DNA of 64,000 nt from positions 3,162,001 through 3,226,000 of the forward strand of contig NC_134029.1 in assembly GCF_964204645.1 (NCBI RefSeq). The letters run 5' to 3'. Each line of letters opens with the position of its first letter. The stretch's first letter is position 1. The notes beneath the pieces were generated by a model, which was not told the DNA's origin, ran no database searches, and was given only the letters and a program-made list of their open reading frames with translations. Of this stretch, positions 44,401 through 56,016 are shown piece by piece. Origin of the DNA: Tubulanus polymorphus (Eukaryota > Animalia > Nemertea). A program made the translations under genes and the position numbers.

Positions 44401-47400
44401 ACCGGCTCACTTCTTCGACAATCGCAACCGCATCGAGAAACTGAATCTTTCCGAAAACGAACTATCCGAATTACCGTACACCGCGTTCTCAAACCTGAAC
44501 GCTTTAAAAGAGTTGAATCTAGATAGAAACAAACTCGAATGTTTGAATCCGAGAGTATTCGAAAATCTCAGCGGGTTAGAGGAGCTTAGGTTGAGTTATA
44601 ATCGTTTTCGCGAAATCCCACCGGCCGTATTTCAGAAGAATTCGCATCTACAGATTCTCGTGTTGTCAAATTTACCGAATCTAACACGGATTCAGGGTAA
44701 TTCGTTCGAGGGTCTCGGAAAATTACGCGCCTTGAATTTGAGTCGTAACCGTAAACTACGCCTGTTGCACGAGGATCTATTCCAGGCGTTGACGTCGATC
44801 GAATCGCTGAGCCTTGAATTCAACAACCACTCGTCGCTTTACTACGAATCATTCCAACCGATCCTCGCGAGATCGGTTCGTCTGTCGATTCACGACAACC
44901 CGCTGCGGTGTAACTGCGCCGTACGCTGGATCCGCGATCGCGCGACCAACACCTCCACCGCATTTACCCTCCCTCTAGTCGACCAAATCCGCTGCCAGTC
45001 GCCCGAGTCGTTAAGGAACCGCCGCGTCGCCGATATCCCGCCGGAGAATCTAACGTGCGTCGCCGCGAACGTAACTTCGCATACGCCGGACACGTTTTTC
45101 AAAATCGGTAAATCAGCCGTGTTGAAATGTTCGGTAACCGGGCGACCGCGGCCGCTGATCGAGTGGCGTACACCGCGTGGTCAGATATTCCGGCACGACG
45201 ACTACCTGACGAACGCCGAGAACAGCCGCGTCTCGCACTTCGATATTCAATCGCACGAGTATCACGAGGATCATTACTGGCACGAGTCGGAGTTCTACTC
45301 GCGTAACACGACCAACGACCGCGTGAAGATTCTCTCAAACGGGAATCTGTTTATCGATTACGTGCTACGCTCGGACGCCGGACAGTACACGTGCACGGCG
45401 AAGAACCCGGGCGGTAACGCGACGGTCGCGATCGACGTCAAACTCAACTACCTCGTCATCAAAGACATCACGATCGCGAGTTTAATCGTCGGATTCAGCA
45501 GCGCCGGCGTATTCTTCGGCCTCGGAATCCTGATCGGAATCGTACGATTCGTGCGTCGCAAGTGTTCGGAGAACGAACGCCGACGCAAGAGCATGAGAAA
45601 CATCCTCGACACGCTCGACCAGTACAAATCGTTACAGTTCGATAAACTCGATAAAATGCGCGATAACTACGGCACGCAGGTGTCGAAAATCAAAGAGAAC
45701 TGCATCGTGCAGATGGACCGCATGCGCGAGAATTACTGTACGCAGATCGCGAAAATACGCGACAACTGCGCGTCGCAGATGGATAAACTACGCGAGAATT
45801 ACAACAATCAGATGAGTCGCATTAAAGACTACAGCAGTCACCAGATCGACAAGATCCGCGAGAATTACAACAATCAGATGATTAAAATACGCGACTACGG
45901 CGCGAATCAGTTGGAGAAACTACGCGAAACGTACAAACTACAACATCAACATCTCATCAAAATACTCGAGACGATGAACATGGATAACTGTCGCGGTGTC
46001 ATGGAAACCGAATGTCTACCGAACGAGCAGCTGTTCATAGATGCCAACTTCTCATCGATTCTCGACGCGTCTGCCAAGCGTTTATCGCGCGATTCCATCA
46101 GCGATTCGGAATTCGTAACGGCTTGTAGCGATTCCGACGGAATCTCGCTCGATTTACTCACCGTCGAACCGGAATTCCCGCCGGAGACAATTTCTATGCA
46201 CGACCTCGAAACGGAACGTGACCCGGAACTGGAGCGGACGAACGTCGAATCTCACGACGACGACGACCCGATCGACTCGGCGACAGACGTCCGCCCGGTC
46301 GACGAGTTTAATATCGACGTGAGCGGCAGCGAATCGGAGGATGAGACGACGCGAAGATGCAACAATGACTCGTCGGAGGATAGCGACTCGACTCCGACTT
46401 TATCCGTAACGAGTCCGCAAATACACATCGTACCTAAAAATATCAATTCACCATCGGCCGACGACGAACGCGAATCAATCGATGAATTCGACATTGTTTA
46501 AACATCTCCACTATATTATTATCAACATTATCTCGTACGCACGTGAACGATGAAATTAAAACCCAGTTAACTCAATTCAAAGACTCATAGGGAAATTTAT
46601 TCACCAAAAACTAAAAATCAAAAGACATGTTTCAGTCTCTCTATAGAGACCACCATCAGCACACCCAGTTCTTGTATACCGTTGATTGAAAATGCAAACT
46701 CACGACTATGGAACTGGATCTAGGTGCCAAGAGAGAGAGAGAGTTTGAAACGTCTTCTTTTTGAATTTTTGATAAATGAACTTCTTTTCAAAATCTTTAT
46801 TGGATTTTAATTTTATTATAAAATCATCATTACTTTTCTTCTCTTCATGTTATCTCTATATATATATATATATACATAGATATATATATATATTACTCAT
46901 TATAAACTGGGATCGATTCTTAGAGCTCAAGTCATGTAAGAAATGGATTTTCACTCAGGGTCGCGCGACAGATTTATCTCCGCATTAACATAAGCATAAG
47001 TGAAATGAGACCAAATACTAACAATATTATTGTACATTTTTATCCGAGACTTGTTTATTGTGATTGAGAATGTTATTCCTCATATTTTCCCCATGAACTA
47101 TGTACATGATAAGATAACCCTGTATCAATCATATGATATACAAAGTTAACCATATTTGCATTGTTCTTTTCATTAGAAATACCGGTAATGTACTTAATAT
47201 CGGCCGGGGTCAAGAAGTTTTTTCATTTGAAATTTTCATCGGGATAAGATGCATATCATGTAATACAGACTTGAATGAACTCGATTAAATGTAATGCAGT
47301 AGACTGCCTCGTTATTACTCACTACAGGATTAGCCGTAAAGATGTTTAGGAAAATCTGGTTAAAATGGACAACCGAGTCTACAGGGCCCAGTCAACAATT

Positions 47401-50400
47401 CAGAATTGAAATTCATCGAGTCTAAACAAAGTTGATAAGATTTCCTCTGATTGTAGAAGGAAAGTGCCACATACTACGTGTATACCCCGGTATAATTGCA
47501 GACGATGTTTCACAAATAGCATCTCTGCTGATGTTGTTAAATAGGACAATTTATGTACACAGAACACTCGTGTTGTTATCAGTCAAAATAATAATAATAA
47601 TATACAATTTTTTCTGCCATTATTGAGTTCAAATCACGAGTTATTCAATTATGTTTTAGTTCTATTTACTGGTGTTGATGAGGTCCTATGCACAAAATCT
47701 CAAAACAACTAAAAATGAGACGCTAGGCTACGTCATAAATATGTCGATTCCATCATAAGCCGAGGAATTATTCAAAACAATTCCTACATAGAATACGATG
47801 TTTGTACGCAATGAGTGAATGCTTGTGGTATATATGGATGGCGCAGTGCTATAAGGGATATCAGATATCGATTCATGATAGTTTTCTGACAGTATGGATG
47901 GAAGCCCCTTCAGTCTATATCCACACAGTCTTTCATGTATGTAATATAAGTAATCTAGCAACAACTGAACATCATTCACGCCGGTTATGAATGGTTTAAT
48001 TAAGCCGTATTAGATACTATATATAGCTACAAATCTACGCTATTTCTGTCATCGTATTAATGAATTATTAGTTCGGCTTCGTAACAACGTTTTGCGAAAA
48101 ACTTTCAAATGTCACCGGTGAATCAATCGATATTCGGGTTTATTATTGACGTCCCCCCCGACAGTGTCTCGTCATCCGACGATATAACGCTGATTAGATG
48201 ACATCGCCATGGAAACCCCGCCAGGTATCCGGAATATTCGAGAATCTCGCGACATCAAAACAACGACAGACGGGAATACTAAATCACAAACACACAATAC
48301 TGATATAAATATCATAATCCTCACATACGACAAAACTGTTATTCATCATCGCAGTCAATCGATTAACGCAATTGAGTCGAAACCTAGTTTTATAATGAAT
48401 ATTCTTAAAGTGAACTCAATTAGACCTTAGAATTAAATGAGATTTCAAGCTGTAAACAATCAGCTATAACAATTACAAGCAAGTACAAGGCCGCAGCATG
48501 GGTAGAAATCACTGAAACATTTCCTCCTCACCACCATCAATTATAGTTTGATTCTCTGTACTTTCCACTGAAGTTCTGTTCCGCACTAAACCCCCATAGC
48601 CTCTTATCATATTTTAGATAAATTCTGTAGTCTAATTCGTTTTGATTATTTCTATCTGATATATACTGCTATGCTATATAGTGAATACCATCTCGGTATG
48701 AAGTTCTCTACGTATTAAGTTCCTCAATAATTTCCCGCATTAACCACTAGATTTATGAGATCAAATTCCGGCAAGAGTTTGAGTCATGCAAATAATAATC
48801 AGCTTTAACAGTGATTGATTTTTTTCGCGAATACAAAATTCAATGAAACACGACTGACTGATTGATGTTTTTATTGTTACCAGTATTATGAATTGTTATA
48901 TTATTCTTTATTTCAACCAGCTGACATTCTATCTACACTGTCATCAATATCGATTCTACTGAACTAAATTTTCATATCTATATCTACGAACATTACTAGT
49001 GACACGTGTTACACAATGCATCAGACAGTGACATCTGGTGACAGAATGATGCAATGCCGAGTTAGGCGGCTTAACTTTTTTTCTGCAGATTTTTCTGAAT
49101 ACACCCCCCCCCCCAAACTTTAAATCTTGAGAGTTAAACTTAAATAGGCAAATGTTCTATGCTAGCTCAAAGTTACCGTAGATTCCAGCTAATAAGCTGA
49201 TTTTATAGCCTCGGATTTAAATCCACTGAACAGCTTTTTGGGCAGTGCATTAATTTCTTATTCCGTCGATATTTGTTATCGATGGAATAACAAATATTGC
49301 TCCAAATTAATTTGAGGTCATTATAAACTATTTTGAAACTAAGTTTCATCACCTTAATTTTCGGCAAAAAAAAACGCATTTTGCTTATTGGGCAGGATCT
49401 ATGATGATTTCAATGATTCGCATTGATCTATCTCTAAAACAATAATAATCTCTTAACCCTTTCAGTGCTGACTAATTAATACCCTATAGTGCTGGAGAAA
49501 ATTTGAAAATTCTAAAAAATTCCACCCTAGTGTGTTGAACAATGGGAATACCACTATAGTGCGTCTACACCGCAGTGCGGTGTATCGTTAGTTACTAGTA
49601 TTTCACTATGTTTGACACTTGCTGCCATTTTTCAATAGAGATAATTACAAATTACTAATTACATCAATACACCGCAGTGCGGTGTACTAGCAAAATCCAT
49701 CACTGATTTATACACCGCACTGCGGTGTAGACGCACTGAAAGGGTTAAAAGCTGAAAAACTGAATTGAAAAACGGTTAATAAATAGCTCAGCTCACTCAC
49801 CTTGGCCGCTGTCCTGTTCCATACGGTAACCTCATGACCCGATTTCAGTAGATTCATTACGATACCCTGACCGATCGTACCCAGACCGAGGAATCCGATT
49901 TTACTCGGCGTCGCGATGATTGGAGCTTTCGGGGGTGTAGTTTGTGACGTGTTATTGGATGTATCGCCGCTGACCGGAATGGAGTTGATGTACTGCGCGA
50001 CCATCGGTTTCCTATCGACTATCTTCGTTAACTGATCACCGGTTAGATCAGAGTTATCAGACGTGTTCAATTTACTTTCATCTTTATCGTCTGAACTTGT
50101 CTGAAAAAACAATAAGTACAACTCAAAAAGTGTTTACACAACCGATTTTCACTACAAATATATTCCTATGTAGGATGGGGCTGGAGCTATTACACAGTAA
50201 GCTTTAGCTCGAAATTGACCAGAGAATTGAGAATAAAGCTGAGTTTGTACACATTGCCAGCCAATCAGGAACCGTGTCATTTATTTTCCAAAGTGTGAAT
50301 ATCTTGTACTGTAAATAGGATGAATCAGCTATGAACGTGTTAAACTCAGTATCTAAATGGGTAACCGCCTAATTAGGAAGAAAAAATATCCAGGTCCGAA

Positions 50401-53400
50401 CCTGTACTGAAATAGGCGTTGCCTACAGCACAATTACAAACTATACAAAAAATTCTAATTGCCTAGACTTAAAATTGAAGGAGTTTAAAAGGAGATTCAG
50501 GGATTTTGCTCGTATTAAAGGAGCACCGTGGATAGCAAGGCATGATATTGAACTTACCGTATTAGAAACAGGTGATACGACTATAGAACCCGGTGTAATT
50601 GTACGTCCTCCTTGCAGCGCGAGAGGTTTCGTGATTTTGATGATATTCGCTCCCGACGCCGTCGATGACTTATTCGCGTCCGGTCGGATCCGTACGTACA
50701 GTTTCGACGCCGCTCCCGACGTCGCTAATTTCTTCGCCGGCTGCTGATTGGGCGACGCCGAACGCTTCGTTGTCGATTTCTTTTCTTCGACGCTCGACTG
50801 GAAAACAACAATTCAATAACAGATTCACATCTCAATTACTGAATACATAACTTACTTTCCAATAAATCGCCAGTCAACCTAACTGACTCGGACATGGCCA
50901 ACTTGGAATTTTTACTAATTCAGGCCATTCATATATAACATAATAAATAAACATGCATAGCAAAACACATTTATCTGATTGTATCTGATCTGATCAATGA
51001 AAGGTCAAATCTATTATTTCTAGCATAAAAAATGACAAAATCATCAGCATTCAGTTCCACAGTCCTCTGGGTTGAAATGTGATTGCGGTAAATGAACTAA
51101 TCCATTTCTATAGTCAAACTTTACCGATGACTGTGGAACTAGGCTCAGCAAGTTATCGGTGAACTCGTGCTAAAACTATAGAACTCTACAAAGATATTAA
51201 AACCTCCACCTCTAAAGTGCACTTACCTTTCTCTTCTCGCGTTCTTTAGGTTTAGTATCTTTGTCTTTCTTGTCTGCACTGCCGAGGAATTTCTAAAATC
51301 ACACAATGGAAATCGTCTATTTTGAAATCAGAAAGTCGATTTACTTGAAAGAGTTAATTAGATTAAAACTTTCTTTACAGAGACACGTTTTGCATTTTTT
51401 CCATTACTCAACAGTGCAAACAAATGATAATCCGCATTCAAACACATAAAGCTTCAATTTAAGCTGAATTCAGCGGGGATTTAGAAGGTTTTGATAGATC
51501 AAACCACCAGTGAAGAAAACTGAGATACATATAATTTTATTCCAGCAAGTATTGTCCATATAAAGCGTATAAAAAAGTAGTTTTATCTCTAATTTAAAGA
51601 CGGCTACTATATACCATAGCCATGTTAAGAATATATTGCCTTGACTTCCTTTAACCCGGCTAAGTGCTACTTGAAACATCGCGAGTTTTGCGACACACAA
51701 GCAGGTTCAGTTGGGGTTCTTTGCCAAATGAAATGACACCATACACAGTTAAACTTCGTTAAATCATCACCTGGGAGTCGTCGTCCGAGTCATCGCATCA
51801 TTTGTTGCTGTTTTTGAGTCACAATTTGTATATATTTCCAACCTAATTTGATAAGTCATTTTTTGGATAAATTGTCATGATGTAATGATTCGTCCCAGCT
51901 ACGACGACGACTTGAGCGAGCTCGACAATACCAGAACTAAGAAACTAAACCACCATGTAAGATTTAAATCAATGAAGCCTAGATTGATGGGACTAGAGTA
52001 CATAATAAAGTGATTACTTGGGTGAAGTGTTAGGAAGCCATGTTGCCATTTTAAATGGCTGAGGTTTAGAAATGCATCGGGAACAAGCATGTTTTCGTTT
52101 GAGGTTGTGAAGCTCCGGCTATTGAAAAGTTTAAAATGTTGCTTGTCGGCGGTGAAAGCTAGCCACGAACGAATAGAACTTACCTTTTTGCCGCTAAGCG
52201 GTTCTCTTGTGTAATCTTTGTGGGGCGGACGTTCGGGGAACATAATCGACAACTCCTGATCGATTGAAGGCAGGTCAGCCGTTTTTGGGGGAGGCTTTTA
52301 AAAATCGAAGAAGAAATAATCACAATACAATAAAACCCGATTAATCTGGATTAGTCAGATAACTGGGGTAATCTAAATTTTTTATCCATAGGCTACATCT
52401 AAATAGTCAATTTACAAATAAGAATGTGATTTTTTATCCAGATATGTTTCAACAGCGCCAAATGATCAGGATTAAGTGGGTTTTACTGTATCATTATTCA
52501 TTAATGAAGAATTAGACAGAATTGATAATTAAAACGAAACAACAAGCAAATAGTGGTTTAATGTGATATTTCTTCTTCAAAGTTACGTTTCAGTGCTGTA
52601 TACATCGAAACAAAATATTGTGCGGATCATAATCTGTAAAATTGTTGTTTATATCTAAAATATCGAGATTTTACAAATTTCCAATTTAAGTTCGATTGAA
52701 AAAACTCAAATTCAAACCAAAAACTAACAGAAAATCTTTGAATAAGGTCGGCTACAACAATGGAATTGAACAAAAATTCCATCCTTACAATGCCACCCAT
52801 ATCATACACACACATTAAATACTTCAGATTTCTTCGTCTTTACCTAAAAGGACCTAACCTGTTTTAATCAACTAAATTATGCAAAAGATTCACCAAAAGA
52901 CTAGATATCATAAAGAGAGATTTTCAAAAATATGAAAAATTCAAAAATCATCTGCGCCTGAAAACTTTCAATAATTTCATAAACAAAACTACACGAACAG
53001 CTTGAGAAAAGATTACAGCGAAAAAACCCCATTCACCACAAAGTGTGTAAATTGAAGAAGGAAACATTTGATTTCGAAGGCTTTATACTTACGGAGGGCT
53101 GGTTTTTCATAAAATCATCGATTGCTTCGACCGCTTCTTTGAAACCACGCGGAATCCGAGATGACATCACGAATCGACTCTTATTTTCCGCGTACGGCCA
53201 CAAATTATCTTCAGAAATGTAAGCGCTGAAAAATTGACGGAGGAAAGTGACATAGTGAAGCAATACTAACTAACGATACACCGCGGCAGTATGCACATTA
53301 TTCAACACACTTGAGTGGAATTTTTTTTCAGATTTTCAAATTATCTCCAGGGTCCAGTTCCACAGTTCTGAGTTAAGATTTGACTCTGAGTAAACTTATT

Positions 53401-54551
53401 GAAAATGAACTAACTTTTTGACTCAGAGTTAACTCTTACTCATAACTATGGAACAGGGTCCAGCACAACAGGGTTATCACAAACCGATATCTTATTTTGG
53501 GTGTAAACCTATAAACATGAGACCAGAAAATCACTGGTAGAGTTTAGTGACGTCCGAGCTTAGGATCAGAGAAATAAGAGGAAGCCAGAAAATACATTTG
53601 TTTGTCAAACGTATTCCATTCAATGTCTCATTTAGATTTATTGTACTTGTTGTAAAAATCAATAAGAATCACTTACTAATTTTCAGAGCCGAAAAAGAAC
53701 ACGAATTGCTGAATCTTTTTCGTTGACATCGAAGGTTTTTTGATTTCGAGCTTTGGCTCAATCACCTAGAAATAGCAATAAATAATTAGACCTAAAAACA
53801 ACCAAACTGCAACTTATTAAAATAAAAATCTGTAAATTTGTAAAGCACCTGCTTCATCAAAAATTGTTCATTATAGCACTTAATGGTTAGTGAAAACTGC
53901 ATCTACAGTCAATAGGTTTTACATAAAAGCGGTGTTTCAGACTTTTAACTGAAAGTCATTGCAACCACAATTTGGCCTTTAGGATAGGCCTATCTAAATT
54001 ATTACTTTTCCCTTTTCAATCAGTTCAGAATTGAAGTCCTTTGAGAGAAAAAGGACACAGGGCAGGGCACACTGAGTTGCAGTCAGATAGTCAATCAAGG
54101 AAAAGGCTTTGGTTAGACTTAGAGTTGTCTTGAGTCTTTTTCTTTTTTTAGCTGGTCGTTCTAGCCATTGTTGGTTCTTCCTGTAGCAATCTACCGACTT
54201 AAGACCAGTCTTGTGATTTCTGACCAGTCCCTGAGTTAACATAAACTGTGCAACTGGGCCCTGAGGTTAAATTGCTTGTATTTTTTCGAACAATAAACTG
54301 TATTGGAATTGAATTTACTACATCTTGCACAAACAAAAGCTAGGCCAGTGATAATTTGGGATGTAAAAAACGCTTACCTTGCCCGGCCAAGCAGGAAATC
54401 CCTTCATTTTAGCCCTGAAAATCAAATTACAATTCGTTAGCAATCGGATCTTAACATTTAAATGGTTAATGATCGAACAAATAAACCAGCAGAAGTGTAA
54501 ATAGAGCATTTCTTACCAGACTAAATCACCGACGCTGAATTTCGCCGCCAT
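38454..54551 (-). CDS. GLYR1: GLYR1/NPAC/NP60: PWWP domain + beta-hydroxyacid dehydrogenase-like domain, 588 aa, 14 coding exons
   Basis: Exons 54517-54551, 54378-54414, 53677-53765, 53093-53225, 52184-52294, 51227-51292, 50558-50797, 49801-50100, 41208-41318, 40715-40816, 40151-40313, 39498-39677, 38820-38944, 38454-38528 sum to 1767 nt, open to TAA. Motifs: [17 protein letters not shown] (PWWP), [36 protein letters not shown]. Confidence 0.95.
39908..40043. repeat. 27-bp perfect minisatellite (AAGCCCAGATAGTTTCAAATCGCTATT) x5 in a GLYR1 intron
   Basis: Directly visible. Confidence 0.95.
43694..46501 (+). CDS. LRR-Ig single-pass membrane protein with 11-residue-repeat cytoplasmic tail (IGLR-2/CG16974-like), nested in GLYR1 intron 41319-49800
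   Basis: 935-aa ORF: hydrophobic leader, LRRNT (CDGPCRC), about 13 LRRs, LRRCT (NPLRCNC..C..P..C), Ig domain ([19 protein letters not shown]), TM segment, Q..K.R.NY repeats, acidic tail. Acceptor ttttag at 43628. Confidence 0.9.
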   Translation: MPTALLSYRIVPIAMPIKNFISVFVPTLVAMFYICTMMNPATAAATSSCDGPCRCEGRVVTCDNAAFTSVPNDLPADLKTLRITRSRLTTIDGIDVYKHITELTLIANDIRALSERSFQNNIHLESVNLKQNQLQMFDTSVLSGLPNLRDLDLSFNEINRIEIGSSSTGWPVGNQIRRLKLRGNKLETIESSFLNGLRHVEYIDLSANVIATIHNRTFTSSSLIEVDLSANRLKALPAHFFDNRNRIEKLNLSENELSELPYTAFSNLNALKELNLDRNKLECLNPRVFENLSGLEELRLSYNRFREIPPAVFQKNSHLQILVLSNLPNLTRIQGNSFEGLGKLRALNLSRNRKLRLLHEDLFQALTSIESLSLEFNNHSSLYYESFQPILARSVRLSIHDNPLRCNCAVRWIRDRATNTSTAFTLPLVDQIRCQSPESLRNRRVADIPPENLTCVAANVTSHTPDTFFKIGKSAVLKCSVTGRPRPLIEWRTPRGQIFRHDDYLTNAENSRVSHFDIQSHEYHEDHYWHESEFYSRNTTNDRVKILSNGNLFIDYVLRSDAGQYTCTAKNPGGNATVAIDVKLNYLVIKDITIASLIVGFSSAGVFFGLGILIGIVRFVRRKCSENERRRKSMRNILDTLDQYKSLQFDKLDKMRDNYGTQVSKIKENCIVQMDRMRENYCTQIAKIRDNCASQMDKLRENYNNQMSRIKDYSSHQIDKIRENYNNQMIKIRDYGANQLEKLRETYKLQHQHLIKILETMNMDNCRGVMETECLPNEQLFIDANFSSILDASAKRLSRDSISDSEFVTACSDSDGISLDLLTVEPEFPPETISMHDLETERDPELERTNVESHDDDDPIDSATDVRPVDEFNIDVSGSESEDETTRRCNNDSSEDSDSTPTLSVTSPQIHIVPKNINSPSADDERESIDEFDIV
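49457..49744. mobile_element. 288-bp piggyBac-type MITE, copy 3
   Basis: TTAA flanks; nearly identical to copy 1; 56 bp from a GLYR1 splice donor. Confidence 0.9.
51048..51145. mobile_element. PIF/Harbinger-type MITE remnant
   Basis: agttccacagtc / gactgtggaact inverted repeat, flanked by CAG. Confidence 0.55.
52328..52488. mobile_element. pogo/Tigger-type MITE
   Basis: TA flanks; TIR caataaaacccgattaatc / gattaagtgggttttactg. Confidence 0.65.
53251..53478 (-). mobile_element. Degenerate inverted fragment of the piggyBac-type MITE, interrupted by a Harbinger-type MITE
   Basis: Reverse complement reads ctggagataatttgaaaa..aattccac..gtgtgttgaataa..gcggtgtatcgttagtta..ttcactatg; the match resumes after 53460. 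Confidence 0.7.
53351..53460. mobile_element. PIF/Harbinger-type MITE with CAG TSD
   Basis: Imperfect TIR ggtccagttccacagtt / aactatggaacagggtc; CAG on both sides. Confidence 0.7.
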
Positions 54552-54844
54552 GATGCTTTTATGCTTTGAAATAGGTCGTTACTAGATGAACATGGCGAAG
54601 TACCGCTCAAATTCAACAACGAATTAAATAGTTTTATTGCTCAGCGAAAACCGATCGCTGCCCTACGGCCGCCCGTGTTACGGAGACTGTGTTTTCAAAA
54701 TTCTTGATTAAACTTTAAAAGTCGTGAAAACATCGTTAAACAGAGAACTTGTTTGAGAGTAGCAAAAACTCGACAGAAGTTCCGAAGGAGAAGCCACGTC
54801 GAACAACGGATGCTTTGTTATCGCGGACTAGTCAAAATAGAACA

Positions 54845-55280
54845 TTTTAAAAAGCTAAAACATTATTTGATATGTTCATCAAAAAGTTTATGTCAGAGTG
54901 AACAATTGTACAACTCGAAAATAGCAATAAGTTGAGACCGAAGCCACGAAGTCAATCACAAGAAACTAAAAGCTTGAGTTTATATGGTTTTGTTATCTTT
55001 TTCTTAAATCACAAAAAAATGATGACAATCAAAAAGCTGAAACATTCGTATTCCTATTTCCATCAAAATGTTTATTTAGAATTGAGCAATTGTACAATTC
55101 TGGCAAATTGCGACCGAAATCACTAAGTCATCCGATCTCAAGAAGCTGAAAGCTTGAAAATATATGGTTTTTTAATTATAAAATCCACAGACTATAAAAA
55201 GGACAAAAATTTCAAAAAGGTTGAATGATTCGTTTCTGTTATTTTCAGGAAAATTTTTATTTGAAAAGTGATTGGAAAAA
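54845..55280. repeat. Degenerate tandem repeat of about 180 bp, about 2.4 copies
   Basis: aaaagct.aaacatt..caattgtacaa at about 54850 and 55032; aaagcttga..tatatggttt at about 54968 and 55148. Confidence 0.6.
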
Positions 55281-56016
55281 TGGCATAGAATGAGGTTAAA
55301 AATAGAATCTGATCAACAAGTCATATATTTTTGTAAAGCAATTATCAGTTTTTGATTTCGAAATTGGTGAACTAATGAACTGTAAAATATTTTTGGATTT
55401 TGTTATTTGAACATTTTTCATAGAAACGATTGGTTTATGATTTTAAAAAGTAAAACACAACAAAATTGAATTTATCAGGAGATGATTGGTTGTTACGTCA
55501 GAAGCAGGTTATAGAGGTTGATTGAACTGATAGAACCCGGTTACCACTTACAGCGGAAAACCGCCTTCGGTAAAACCTCCCTGATAAAACAAAAAATTGT
55601 TAAACAGGCAAAGCAAGAGGCCTATTACCACGTCACCCGAATAATACGAAAATCTTTTCGAAAAATTGACGGATCAGGGTGATCCGTTTTTCCGATATTT
55701 GGATCTGGAATCAAAATTAAAAAAGAACTAATTTTGACTCCAGATGCAAATTTCAGTCTAGAAATTCACAGACAAGGTCCCTCGCTTTCAGTAAAAATTC
55801 CACTTGCTAAAGATAACGATTATCGAAATTCTTCCATTAACCCTCCAAACCTGGACGTCCCCGTTTAACAAATATGTTTGAAATGGTTGGCTTACGATGC
55901 TGCGCTTCCTGATGCGAGTCATTCCCGAGTTCTATCAATCCCTTCAACGTGTAACCGAACTTCATCTTCAACAACCGAATCACCTCCCGATTAATGATTC
56001 GATAACAACGGGTCGT

